Below are positions 38,516-48,651 of a stretch of 64,000 bases of DNA, one piece after another. Under the pieces are notes generated by a model. That model had not been told where the DNA came from. It did not search any database and saw nothing but the letters and a program-made list of their open reading frames with translations. A program made the position numbers and the translations under genes. This DNA is from Promethearchaeota archaeon. GTDB lineage: Archaea; Asgardarchaeota; Lokiarchaeia; Sigyniarchaeales; SOKP01. Position 1 is the stretch's first letter; each line of letters begins with the position of its first letter. The stretch lies in NCBI GenBank assembly GCA_048939995.1, contig JBHLOY010000002.1, positions 224,001 through 288,000 of the forward strand, read 5' to 3'.

Positions 38516-38518
38516 GAT

Positions 38519-39847
38519 TCACTCACCAATCTTTGTTTTTACCTTCTCGATTAACTGTTCTAATATTTGTTTATCCGAATGGGTTTCACCTGGAGCATCT
38601 TTTACTTTCCTTAATCTCAATGGAACTTTATCCATCCTATATGCTGTACCTTCACATTCTATTCCAGCAATTGCTGCTGGTAATATTACATCTGCAAATG
38701 CTGAAGTAGGGGTCTCATGGGGTTCAATAGCAATTAAAGGATGCTTAAACATGTTCTTTACTGCGGTAGCTGGAAAATTACTTGCCGGATCTGATGCGAC
38801 TATTAAACAAGCATCGACTTCATCTCTTATAAGTAAATCAACTGAAGAAAATTCTCCTGGATTATAGCGAGGATATCCCCTTGAAAAATCAATTGAATAT
38901 GCATAACCGGTATTCCATGTAAATACTTGATTAGCTCCAGTAACATTATAGTGTCCTCGCATAGGTTCTAGTAAAAATTTAGTATGATCATTTAATTCTC
39001 TTGTTAAGCAAATTGCAGCATCAATATTTCGATGATGCCCTAATGTTTGAGTTAAACCCATCCCGAAAAATATTACTCCAAACTTGCATGATTTTACTAT
39101 TTCAACCAACTCTTTTATTTTATCTATAGGAACACCGGATACTTCCTCTGCATCTAATTCAACACCCCTAAGTATAGCTCTTATGGCATTAACTAATTCA
39201 TAATCTTCGTTAGGATTAACTTGAATGTACAAATCTGCGATTTGAGCCGTATGAGTATTCCTCGGATCAACAACAACAATAAATCTGTCATTTCTTCCAT
39301 CTTTCCTGAAATATCCTCTTACAAACTCACTATATCTCCCTAAATGTCGTGGATGAGCGTGAACAGGGTTACAACCCCAAAAGATAACTAAATCAGCTCT
39401 ATTTTTATATTCTCCTAACGTTGATAAAGGTGCTCCGACATCTTGAATTGCTAGTAATGAAGGACCGTGACAAACTGAAGCGGTATTATCTAGTATCGCA
39501 CCCAAAATTTCAGCTAATTCTACTCCTTTACTTTGCGCTTCACACTCAGTAGATGAAAATCCATAAAGTAATGGTCTTTTTGCTTTAATTAATATATCTG
39601 CTGCTTTATCCAAAGCTTCATCCCAAGAAACTTCCTTATACTCTCCATTAGATTTAATTTTAGGTTTTAAAAACCTATGCCCACCTGGATTTGAAGCGAA
39701 ATATTTCTTTGTTCCGATTTGACATCCATTTCTTACTTCAATAACAGAATCCGTCTTAATATCAATATCTACTTCAAGGTCATCACAAAGAGTTCCACAG
39801 AAAGGACACACCACATCATAAACAGTTTTAATTTTCTTTTCTACCAT
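38519..39847 (-). CDS. fwdB: Formylmethanofuran dehydrogenase subunit B (Cys form)
   Basis: CPFCGTLCDD, DNTASVCHGPS, WGCNPVHAHPRH, MRGHYNV, GTAYRMD. Confidence 0.95.
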   Translation of the reverse strand: MVEKKIKTVYDVVCPFCGTLCDDLEVDIDIKTDSVIEVRNGCQIGTKKYFASNPGGHRFLKPKIKSNGEYKEVSWDEALDKAADILIKAKRPLLYGFSSTECEAQSKGVELAEILGAILDNTASVCHGPSLLAIQDVGAPLSTLGEYKNRADLVIFWGCNPVHAHPRHLGRYSEFVRGYFRKDGRNDRFIVVVDPRNTHTAQIADLYIQVNPNEDYELVNAIRAILRGVELDAEEVSGVPIDKIKELVEIVKSCKFGVIFFGMGLTQTLGHHRNIDAAICLTRELNDHTKFLLEPMRGHYNVTGANQVFTWNTGYAYSIDFSRGYPRYNPGEFSSVDLLIRDEVDACLIVASDPASNFPATAVKNMFKHPLIAIEPHETPTSAFADVILPAAIAGIECEGTAYRMDKVPLRLRKVKDAPGETHSDKQILEQLIEKVKTKIGE

Positions 39848-39850
39848 TGT

Positions 39851-40246
39851 TTATCCCTCCCTTAATTTCCTTATAAGCTCTAATGCATCTAGTACTCTAC
39901 CGTTTTTCATAACTTCCACTTTAGCTTTCATTCCCTTAAATGTAGGAGTTCCACATGCTTGAGAATTCGGATTTACTACCTGATTCGACCAAGGACCCAT
40001 TGGGATGAAAATAACTCCCGGGTGTGGACCTTCTTCTGTAATAGTCGAATAAACAACCACTTCGCCGTAATCTGTGATGACTTTGACGGGAGTACCTACT
40101 AAACAATCTAGTTTCTTAAAATCTTCTCTATCAAAGGTGCAAATCGCAGCAGCGCGAACATTTTCCATAGTAGTTTTACCTCCTTCAAGAGCAACTCCTT
40201 GGTTAATAGTACGACCCGTGAGTAAGATTAAATTATTTAAGCTCAT
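39851..40246 (-). CDS. fwdD: Formylmethanofuran dehydrogenase subunit D
   Basis: TGRTINQG, FIPMGPWSN, GTPTFKG. Confidence 0.92.
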   Translation of the reverse strand: MSLNNLILLTGRTINQGVALEGGKTTMENVRAAAICTFDREDFKKLDCLVGTPVKVITDYGEVVVYSTITEEGPHPGVIFIPMGPWSNQVVNPNSQACGTPTFKGMKAKVEVMKNGRVLDALELIRKLREG

Positions 40247-40252
40247 CTTCTC

Positions 40253-40969
40253 TTATTCCTCCTCTTGTGGCCATCGTAACTTCTTTAATCGCTCTACTAA
40301 CGGAGGCCAGAATAATTCGCTAAATTCTCCTGAACTTTTTACTTCAGAAATTTCTAACTTTATAGCGCCTGTCGGACACGCATTATCACAAGCTCCGCAA
40401 AATACGCATTTTTCTTCATCTACGACTACATTTGGAGCAGTTTCCCATCCTTTTTCTGGCTTGGGAGGAATAGTTATAGCGCCTGAAGGACATACATCAG
40501 CACATGTTTGACATCCACCTGCACATTCTTCATCTACCACACTTATTTTTCCAGTATTATATTGCTTTACTATTCGCTCCTTTCCTTCGTTATTCTTTAT
40601 CTTTTTGGTTTCAAATTCAAGTTTGGGTACCACTTTTTCTTTAACAATAGTTATATCTTCTAAATTTATAATTTCTCCATCTTTTTTAAGAGTAAGTGAA
40701 CTAAAGGGACATATATAGACACATGTTCCACAAAAAACACAAAGTTTAGGATCATAAAGCTCTGGAATAATATCCTCTTGCTTTGGGAATCTACGTGAAG
40801 TTCCCACCGGTCCCCTTGAAATAGCGTCCTTTGGGCAAACACGAGCGCATGTTCCACACCCAACACATTTTTCTCTGTTAAGTATTAATTCTAAACTCTC
40901 TAAAAGGAATTTGACTTCAACTTTTTCTTCTTCCTTATTAATGGTTCTTGAAATTTTTGGGAATGACAT
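40253..40969 (-). CDS. fwdF: Polyferredoxin, short FwdF-like (four [4Fe-4S] motifs)
   Basis: CVGCGTC..VCP, CVFCGTC..ICP, CAGGCQTC..VCP, CVFCGAC..ACP; operon context. Confidence 0.7.
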   Translation of the reverse strand: MSFPKISRTINKEEEKVEVKFLLESLELILNREKCVGCGTCARVCPKDAISRGPVGTSRRFPKQEDIIPELYDPKLCVFCGTCVYICPFSSLTLKKDGEIINLEDITIVKEKVVPKLEFETKKIKNNEGKERIVKQYNTGKISVVDEECAGGCQTCADVCPSGAITIPPKPEKGWETAPNVVVDEEKCVFCGACDNACPTGAIKLEISEVKSSGEFSELFWPPLVERLKKLRWPQEEE

Positions 40970-40972
40970 TTA

Positions 40973-41230
40973 TCAAACCTCCTCCATACACTCAATTCTA
41001 ATTGCCACCTGTGGACACATTTTAACACAAACACCGCATCCATCGCAATTTATTTTACGTTCTTCTTTATAAATAGGAAAAGCAATTCCATTTTTTACTA
41101 AAATTACCGCATTATCTTCATTTAAATAACTATGAAGTCTTAATTGATTAAAATTTATTGGACAACTTACAACACATGCATTACAGCCAGTACATGTGTT
41201 TTTATTAATTTTTAATTGATAGACTTGCAT
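40973..41230 (-). CDS. fwdG: 2[4Fe-4S] ferredoxin, FwdG-like
   Basis: CTGCNACVVSCPIN, CDGCGVCVKMCP; first gene of the fwd operon. Confidence 0.75.
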   Translation of the reverse strand: MQVYQLKINKNTCTGCNACVVSCPINFNQLRLHSYLNEDNAVILVKNGIAFPIYKEERKINCDGCGVCVKMCPQVAIRIECMEEV

Positions 41231-41590
41231 GATTTAAGAAGTAAATTATAATATCCTATGAAAAATATCTATTCAACTTAATTTTTAGAAAGTAGTGTAT
41301 TTTAAAAAATTTAGTATATCAATTATTAAGTGCATAGGTTTTAAAAGGACATTTGAAAGAATTTATGATTTATGAATTTAAAGATAGAAAATAAATTGTA
41401 TTAACTTAAAAGTGGCTATATTTTTTGAAAAAACAAGTTATGATTAAAATTTAGATATGTGAAATTATGCAAAATTTTCAAAAACATTCTTAATAATTTA
41501 AAGAGAATTCTGAATCGTTCAATAAGTGGACCTTAAACTTTATTAAGACAACTTTGATTAATTATTATTGAAAAAAGAATCCTATAAGTT

Positions 41591-42715
41591 ATGTCAAATC
41601 TAAAATATCAATTATCCAATTTCTTTAAGCATAAATGCGCTGTATGGGAAATCACGTTAAAATGTAATAGTAGATGTATTCATTGTGGTTCATCAGCTGG
41701 TAAATCTCGTTTAGATGAACTCGATACAAAAGAGGCATTAAATTTAGTTAAAGAATTAAAATCATGTGGATATGATGGGATTGCCTTAATGGGTGGCGAA
41801 CCTTTTCTAAGAGAAGATTGGTATGATGTTGCCCATGAAATCAAGAGAAACAAAATAAAACTAACAATTGTCTCCAATGGCTTAGAAATCAAAAGTCAGA
41901 TTCCTGAGTTAAAAGTATTAAAAACAGATTGTGTTTCCTTAAGTCTAGATGGCGCAACTGCTAAAACCCACGATCATATAAGGGGAATTAAGGGTTCCTA
42001 TGATAGGGTTTTAAGTTCTATAAATTTACTTCAAAAGGCTCATATTCCAGTTAGCGTTATAACCACAATTAGTAAAATTAACTTTAAAGAGTTAAAAATG
42101 ATTCGAGATTTACTGCTTAATAAAGGAATTGCTTGGCAAATTCAAATAGCATTACCAATTGGCAGATTTCCAAGAGAATTAGTTATTTCTCGAGAAGAAT
42201 TTTATGGTATTGCTATGTTTATAGCATTGAATTGCAAAAGATATTCAATAAGAGAATTACCATTAATAGGAGCTCACTGTTTTGGATATTTTTCAAACAT
42301 GTTGCCTGAAGTAGGATTGGAACCTTGGATTGGGTGTCAAGCAGGCAAATCTGTTTTAGGAATTCAGAGCAATGGAAACATTAAAGGTTGTTTGACTTTA
42401 CCAAATAAATTTATTGAGGGCAACATTAGAACTTCAAATCTCTCTGATATTGTCAATTGTAGAATCGATTCTGATTATTATAATTACATCCAAAAAACAG
42501 ACTCAAAAGATTATTGTTTTACATGTAAAATGTTCAAAAAGTGTAATGGAGGATGTTTAGGAACAAAAATCGCATTAAATTCTCTATATGCCCCTTATTG
42601 TTTAAGAGCTATTGAGGATGATTTATTTAGTGATCAATCCATACCGCTTAAGTGGAAGATCAATTCAAAACTTTCAAGATATAAATATCTATATCAAAAA
42701 ATTTTGCTAAAATGA
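41591..42715 (+). CDS. Radical SAM protein with SPASM domain
   Basis: WEITLKCNSRCIHC, GGEP, SLDG; CQAG...GC...CFTC...CNGGC...C. Confidence 0.92.
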   Translation: MSNLKYQLSNFFKHKCAVWEITLKCNSRCIHCGSSAGKSRLDELDTKEALNLVKELKSCGYDGIALMGGEPFLREDWYDVAHEIKRNKIKLTIVSNGLEIKSQIPELKVLKTDCVSLSLDGATAKTHDHIRGIKGSYDRVLSSINLLQKAHIPVSVITTISKINFKELKMIRDLLLNKGIAWQIQIALPIGRFPRELVISREEFYGIAMFIALNCKRYSIRELPLIGAHCFGYFSNMLPEVGLEPWIGCQAGKSVLGIQSNGNIKGCLTLPNKFIEGNIRTSNLSDIVNCRIDSDYYNYIQKTDSKDYCFTCKMFKKCNGGCLGTKIALNSLYAPYCLRAIEDDLFSDQSIPLKWKINSKLSRYKYLYQKILLK

Positions 42716-42744
42716 ACATAAAATAAAAAATTGAGAGGAAAATT

Positions 42745-43005
42745 ATGGTTATTAAAGAGCTTTTTCAATTCTATAAGATAGGACAGGAATTAGGATTATC
42801 TCGAAAAGAAATTAACAGCATATTGTTGTTTAAAAATCGGTATCCATTAATGTTAGCGATAATATTGATCGTAATTATTTCAGTTTTTGCCATTTTTTTT
42901 TGGAACGTTGCTTTAATTCTATACGCTAAATCGACTGAACCGGTTTATCCTCGTGGAGCAATGTATTCTAGTATTAGTATCAAAGATTTCAGAGATAAAA
43001 GATGA
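42745..43005 (+). CDS. Small single-TM protein
   Basis: GAGGA RBS; ATGA overlap with the next gene; one hydrophobic helix. Confidence 0.7.
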   Translation: MVIKELFQFYKIGQELGLSRKEINSILLFKNRYPLMLAIILIVIISVFAIFFWNVALILYAKSTEPVYPRGAMYSSISIKDFRDKR

Positions 43006-44345
43006 AGTTGAATATTGGTTGCGGTAAGAAATATGAGCCAGATTATTATAATATAGACTTATTTGATGACTTAATTGCTGATAAAAAGATGTCTGCTCTA
43101 GATCTTGAATTTGATGACAATTCTTGCCAAGAGATTAAGGCAATTCATCTAATCGAGCACTTAGGATTTTATCAATCTATTTATGCCCTGGGTGAGTTTT
43201 TCAGAGTTTTAGAACCAAAAGGCAAATTAATTATAGAAACTCCTGATTTAGAAAAAGCTTTTCGTACCTATTTAAACTCAAATTATGGACAAAAAAATGA
43301 TGTACTAAGTTGGATATATGGACTCCCTCATGAAGGGCTTGAACACAAATTTTGTTTTCCCCCTCAGTTATTATATGAGATATTAGAAAAGATTGGGTTT
43401 GAGAATGTAAATTATATGAGTTTTTATAATAGTGAATCAATTCCTACTGTAAAATTTGAAGTTAATAAACCAGAAGTCAATGAGTTTGTTGAAATCTTTC
43501 AAATTTTTTCTCACATTCGTAAAGAAATGTTAAAAAATAAGGTTGTCAACTTTAAGGATTTATTCACAACGAAAGAAAAAGAAGACCTTTTGAATTTATT
43601 ATTGATAGAATCGCTTGATTTTATTAAAAATAAACGAGTAAAAAATCAAATAAATTGTATAAAAAAATCATTAATAATTTCACCCCAGATTGTAAAAATC
43701 TTTATAGAACAAATAAAAAATGTTCAAATATTTTCCGATTTAGAGAGAACTCAAATCTTAGAAATAATAGAATCTCTTATTAAATTCAAATTTCATAAAA
43801 TTTTATTAACTACTCTTATGAAAGCCCCTTTAATACCAGGTGGTCAAAAAGTTCTTTTGTCTTCGATTGAATCATTCGGTTTGGCAATAATTGATAAATT
43901 GGGCTCTCCAGAAAAAGATAAGATGACAGAAAAGTTAAAGGAATTAGCCCTCAATTTAGAGAATCATGATCTTTCACTATTTTCCGCTAATATAATAAAA
44001 AGAACGTCTTTAGATTTCTTTTATCTGGGTATAAAAAGTTTCTATAATCAAGATTATAAGACTGCCTTAAATAAGATATTAATAGCTATAAAGATATATA
44101 GAGACAATTTTTTGTACTATTGGAACTTAGCCAAAATATTAGTCAACTTGAACTTAAAACAAAAAGCGATAAAATATTATAAAAGAACATTGAAATTGTT
44201 GTATCTAAGTAAACTTGCGAATAAATCCCAAATTAAGGATGATATAAAAAAAGAATTAAATTCAATAAGAAAATTAAAAGCAAAAACATTGTTATTAGAA
44301 CCGATATTAACTCTTGATAAATATGAATCTAATAAATTAATCTAA
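43002..44345 (+). CDS. Class I SAM methyltransferase domain fused to helical/TPR region
   Basis: KLNIGCG, HLIEHL, RVLEPKG..IIETPD; TPR-like GIKSFYNQDYKTAL...YWNLAKIL...AIKYY. Confidence 0.8.
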   Translation: MKLNIGCGKKYEPDYYNIDLFDDLIADKKMSALDLEFDDNSCQEIKAIHLIEHLGFYQSIYALGEFFRVLEPKGKLIIETPDLEKAFRTYLNSNYGQKNDVLSWIYGLPHEGLEHKFCFPPQLLYEILEKIGFENVNYMSFYNSESIPTVKFEVNKPEVNEFVEIFQIFSHIRKEMLKNKVVNFKDLFTTKEKEDLLNLLLIESLDFIKNKRVKNQINCIKKSLIISPQIVKIFIEQIKNVQIFSDLERTQILEIIESLIKFKFHKILLTTLMKAPLIPGGQKVLLSSIESFGLAIIDKLGSPEKDKMTEKLKELALNLENHDLSLFSANIIKRTSLDFFYLGIKSFYNQDYKTALNKILIAIKIYRDNFLYYWNLAKILVNLNLKQKAIKYYKRTLKLLYLSKLANKSQIKDDIKKELNSIRKLKAKTLLLEPILTLDKYESNKLI

Positions 44346-44346
44346 A

Positions 44347-45375
44347 GTGATTGAAATGAAAGAAGAATCAATTAAAATATCGAGAACCAAGATAATCTTC
44401 CTTGGTTTGGTAATAGTATCTGCATTTCTATTAGTTATCAATTTAATTCCAAATTTTGTGGTAAACGAGGGAATAACCACTCACTTCTCAGATACTTTAT
44501 CGACTAACAGACAGACATTTGTAAATAAAAGTAATCCTGACTTTAACTATAATATTTACGAGTATTACACAATTATTAGCAACTCTTGCGAAACTTATAT
44601 CCACTATAATCTGGAATTATTGCCAGAGGAAACTGAGGAATTACATTTTTTTATGCATTCATCTCCTGTAAATATTGAAATAAATTTAATTTTAGTTGGA
44701 TCTAATTGGAATTCTTCTGAAATAACTTGGAATACTAAACCTGAACATGAACAAATTATCGATACAGTAAATATTTCTAGTATCACTCAGAGCCCTTTTC
44801 AAGAATATTACAATTTTGAAGAAACTATTAATTTAACACGATTGATTGAAAATAATCATCTTACTGAAATCAGTTTTTGCATAAATATCACGGAGAATAA
44901 TGTAGAACTAAATGAAAGTGTTGGATTATGGGGAATGCTACTTATGTGGAGGTATGAGAAACTTCTCTTATCCTATACCACTATTGTTACCTCAATCATC
45001 ATTTCCTTCATATTGATAGGAACGATAATATATAATCATATAGGGGTATATTCTTGTCCAAGCTGTAAAACTAAAAGTAAAGTAATTGATAAATTTTGTT
45101 TATCCTGTAGAAATGATTTTAAAGAGGATTTTTTAAGCAAAAATGCTGATTATCAATTAGCATTGATTGTCTTATGGATCTTTGCACTTTTTGAGGGCAG
45201 CTTCCTAATTTGGGGAGTGCAAATGGTTTATAAGACATATCGTATAATGTATATTCCATTTTTTATATTCTTAATAATTAATTGGATTGTCTTTTGCTCA
45301 ATCCAACTAAACTTTAAAATTAACAAATATAAACGGATAAGAGATGTCTTAAAATTTTTTACAATAACAAATTAA
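44347..45375 (+). CDS. Membrane protein with extracellular DNRLRE/CBM96-like domain and cytoplasmic zinc ribbon
   Basis: TFVNKSNPDFNY, WNSSEITWNTKP; CPSC..CLSC; four TM segments. Confidence 0.7.
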   Translation: MIEMKEESIKISRTKIIFLGLVIVSAFLLVINLIPNFVVNEGITTHFSDTLSTNRQTFVNKSNPDFNYNIYEYYTIISNSCETYIHYNLELLPEETEELHFFMHSSPVNIEINLILVGSNWNSSEITWNTKPEHEQIIDTVNISSITQSPFQEYYNFEETINLTRLIENNHLTEISFCINITENNVELNESVGLWGMLLMWRYEKLLLSYTTIVTSIIISFILIGTIIYNHIGVYSCPSCKTKSKVIDKFCLSCRNDFKEDFLSKNADYQLALIVLWIFALFEGSFLIWGVQMVYKTYRIMYIPFFIFLIINWIVFCSIQLNFKINKYKRIRDVLKFFTITN

Positions 45376-45376
45376 G

Positions 45377-46402
45377 ATGATAAGCCAATCAATTAAGAAA
45401 TCGAGAAGTCATATAATTTTTCTTAGTTTGCTAATAGCATCTATCTCTCTATTTATTATTAATTTCATTCCAATCTTTATATCAAATGAGGGAATAACTA
45501 CTCAATTTTCAGATAATTTATGGCCTAACAGAGAAATGTTTGTAAATAAAAGTAATCCCAACTTTAATTATAACATTTATGAGTATGCAGGAATTATTAG
45601 TAATTCATGTGAAGCATATATTCACTTTAATCTTGAATTGTTACCAAGAGAAACTGAACAATTATATTTTTTTATGTATCATTATCATTTTATAGAAAGT
45701 TATCCCCCACCTGTAGAAGATATTGAAATAAATTTAATTTTAGTAGGATCTAATTGGAGTTCTTCTGAAATAACTTGGAATAATAAACCTAAACATGAGC
45801 AAATCATCAATACTGTGAATGCTTCTAATATAGTCCAAAGTCCTCTTCTACAGTATTACAATTTTGAAAAAACTATTGATTTAACAGAATTGATTGAAAA
45901 TAATCATCTCAGTGAAATTAGCTTCTGTATAAATATCACAAAGAATAATGTAGTGTTAAACGATAGCATCGAATTATGGGGAATCCAACTAATTTGGAGG
46001 TATACAAAGCTTCTTATCTCTAATACTACAATTATTACATCTATTATTATTTTCTCGATTCTAATTGGAACGATTTTGCATATCAGAAAAGATATAAGTT
46101 CTTGTTCAATTTGCAAAACAAAAAGAAAGCTTACTGATAAGGTTTGCTTATCATGTAAAAACAATTTTAGAGAGGAAACTTTTATTAAAAGTGCAGATTA
46201 TCAATTAATTTTGGCAATATTCTGGATATTTGCACTTTTTGAGATTAACTCTTTAATCTGGATTTGGAACAGATATGTGTGGCCATTATTTGTTTTGACT
46301 CTATTGTCTGGTATCATTTTAATTAATTGGACTATGATAGCTATAGCTCAAATCGTGCTAAAATTAAAGAAATATGGGAGAATAAGAGCACTTTTAAGAT
46401 AA
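45377..46402 (+). CDS. Tandem paralog of 44347..45375
   Basis: FVNKSNPNFNY, WSSSEITWNNKP, CSIC..CLSC; DNA-level similarity visible. Confidence 0.75.
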   Translation: MISQSIKKSRSHIIFLSLLIASISLFIINFIPIFISNEGITTQFSDNLWPNREMFVNKSNPNFNYNIYEYAGIISNSCEAYIHFNLELLPRETEQLYFFMYHYHFIESYPPPVEDIEINLILVGSNWSSSEITWNNKPKHEQIINTVNASNIVQSPLLQYYNFEKTIDLTELIENNHLSEISFCINITKNNVVLNDSIELWGIQLIWRYTKLLISNTTIITSIIIFSILIGTILHIRKDISSCSICKTKRKLTDKVCLSCKNNFREETFIKSADYQLILAIFWIFALFEINSLIWIWNRYVWPLFVLTLLSGIILINWTMIAIAQIVLKLKKYGRIRALLR

Positions 46403-46503
46403 AAGATACTTCATAGGTTTTTTTTTCTCATAGATAATATTCTTCCCTTGAATTTATATTCAAATACTAATTTAATATTATTTATAGAAAAAAGTGATAA
46501 AGA

Positions 46504-47232
46504 ATGGAATTAGAAGAAAAAATTGACCAATATTTGAAACTTAAAAGAGCGTTTAAATCCCAGATTATTCCTCATGAAACGGCTCTTATTATTATTGATA
46601 TGCAAAACTATCAAGTGAAGCAAACATCTGCTATCGTTGAATCTTTTGAAAAATCAGTCCCAGGGTTAATTCAATATTTTGTAAAACAGGTCGAAGAAGT
46701 AGTAACTCCAAATATAATACGATTATTAGAATTTTTTAGAGAACATAAACTTCAAGTAATTTACACTAAATTTGCCAGTCGTAGAAAAGATCGTAAGGAT
46801 TATTCAAATAACATTCGGGAAATAAATGAAAGGTTTGAGAATATGTTTGGAAAATACATTTTCCCGTCTATTCAAGAAGTAGATGCAGATATTATCCCTG
46901 AATTAAAGCCAGAAGAAAATGACACCATTATCTTAAAAACAACTAATGGAACATTTAGCTCGACTGATCTTGAGCATCAATTAAAAAATCTAGGAGTGAA
47001 TACTGTTATAGTCGTCGGAGTTGTTACTCATATATGCGTTGAGAATACCGCAAGAATAGCATTTGATTTAGGGTTCAATGTTTTTGTGGTTAATGATGCA
47101 AGTGCAGGATGGACTCCAACTTTACATAATGCTGCATTGAGAAGTATGGAGTTATTCTTTATAGATGTAGTATCTACTAATGAAGTTCTAAAATCCATGA
47201 AAAAACAATTGAAAAAAAAAAATAAAGATTAA
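46504..47232 (+). CDS. Isochorismatase-family cysteine hydrolase
   Basis: ALIIIDMQN, K-x4-F, GVVTHICVENTAR. Confidence 0.9.
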   Translation: MELEEKIDQYLKLKRAFKSQIIPHETALIIIDMQNYQVKQTSAIVESFEKSVPGLIQYFVKQVEEVVTPNIIRLLEFFREHKLQVIYTKFASRRKDRKDYSNNIREINERFENMFGKYIFPSIQEVDADIIPELKPEENDTIILKTTNGTFSSTDLEHQLKNLGVNTVIVVGVVTHICVENTARIAFDLGFNVFVVNDASAGWTPTLHNAALRSMELFFIDVVSTNEVLKSMKKQLKKKNKD

Positions 47233-47347
47233 ACATTCTATATCGAATAAATAAAAAATTCAACATTGAATGACAAAAATTTAGATTTCTTAGTTAAAAT
47301 TTATTTTAACTTTTCTAAAATGAAAAATAATCTCAAGGTAAGGTAAA

Positions 47348-48481
47348 ATGAATGAAAATTTTAAAGTAGATGTATATCGAGAATTGCAGCAACATTTAGA
47401 TACATTTCCAGTGGGTTTTCCTGCAACAAGATCAGGAGTAGAAATACGTTTATTAAAACAACTTTTTAGTCCTGAAGAAGCAAAAATTGCCTCCAAATTG
47501 AAATTTTCATATGATAATTTTGAAACTTTAGAGACAATTCATAAACGCCTAAGCTTATTAGGGTTTAGATTTACAATAGACGAATTAGAAAATCATTTAG
47601 ATAACATGGCTAAAAAAGGCGCGATTAAATACTTAAAAAAGGGGAATCAGAAGACTTATAGTGCTGCAATATTTATACTTGGCATGTTTGAGTATCAAGT
47701 GAATAAATTAACTAAAAAGTTCGCTGAAGATACAAAGAGATACTTGCGAGAAGCTCTTATAACAGATATGGGAAAAAATCTTCCACTTCAGCTACGTACA
47801 ATTCCAGTGGGGGTTGGAATTGAACATAACATTAATATAGCGAATTTTGAAGACATTCAAAAGATTATAGAAAATGCTGATGGCCCATTTGCAGTACAAA
47901 ATTGTATATGTCGCCAATCAAGTCAATTACTAGGAAAATCTTGTAGGGTTACCTCTAGATTGGAGACATGTATAGGAGTTGGTATCGTAGCTGAAATGTA
48001 CATAGATATGGGATGGGCTCGTGAAATTAATAAAGAAGAAGCAATCGAAATATTTAAGATGAATGAAGAAGAGGGATTAGTGCTCCAACCTGGAAACGCA
48101 CAGGAGCCTCACTTTATTTGTAGTTGTTGCGGTTGCTGTTGTGAGGAATTAGTAAGCGTAAAAACATTCTCTAGTCCCGCAAATATTGTTTCTACAAATT
48201 ATTATGCTGAAATTGATCCTGATATGTGTTCAGGATGTGGAACTTGTAGTGAGCGTTGTCAATTAGACGCAATAACTCTTGAAAGTAATATATCTTCAAT
48301 TAATCTTCAAAGATGTATAGGCTGTGGAAACTGTACCTTAGTTTGTCCCTCAGAAGCTATAAACTTGGTAGAGAAAAAAGCAGCGTTTATACCGGCGAAA
48401 ACAATGTCAGAGTATTATGAACAAAATTTGAAAACTAGAACAAAACGTAAGGAAAGAAAGTTAAGGAAAGTATTGAATTAG
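47348..48481 (+). CDS. 4Fe-4S dicluster domain protein with N-terminal HTH-like region
   Basis: CICR, ICSCCGCCC, CSGCGTC..RC, CIGCGNC..VCP. Confidence 0.85.
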   Translation: MNENFKVDVYRELQQHLDTFPVGFPATRSGVEIRLLKQLFSPEEAKIASKLKFSYDNFETLETIHKRLSLLGFRFTIDELENHLDNMAKKGAIKYLKKGNQKTYSAAIFILGMFEYQVNKLTKKFAEDTKRYLREALITDMGKNLPLQLRTIPVGVGIEHNINIANFEDIQKIIENADGPFAVQNCICRQSSQLLGKSCRVTSRLETCIGVGIVAEMYIDMGWAREINKEEAIEIFKMNEEEGLVLQPGNAQEPHFICSCCGCCCEELVSVKTFSSPANIVSTNYYAEIDPDMCSGCGTCSERCQLDAITLESNISSINLQRCIGCGNCTLVCPSEAINLVEKKAAFIPAKTMSEYYEQNLKTRTKRKERKLRKVLN

Positions 48482-48651
48482 GAAATATAAGAAAAATGCC
48501 TTTCTCTAAAGCACTTTAACTTATAAATCATAGTTAGACTTCCTAAATTTACAACTAAAATTTATAAACCATATATTTAAATAATTTTGGTCAAATCCAA
48601 ATATATTCTCATAGAGAATTTATATAAATTATATATAAGGAGACAATTTAA

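Noticed and set aside
38519-39847. FwdB as a selenoprotein (FwuB)
   Set aside because: The metal-ligand position is Cys (VCHGP) with no in-frame TGA
38289-40511. Long plus-strand ORFs 38289..38867 and 40074..40511, and the many other 60-110 aa ORFs nested in larger genes
   Set aside because: Antisense or alternate-frame shadows of well-supported genes, with no motifs
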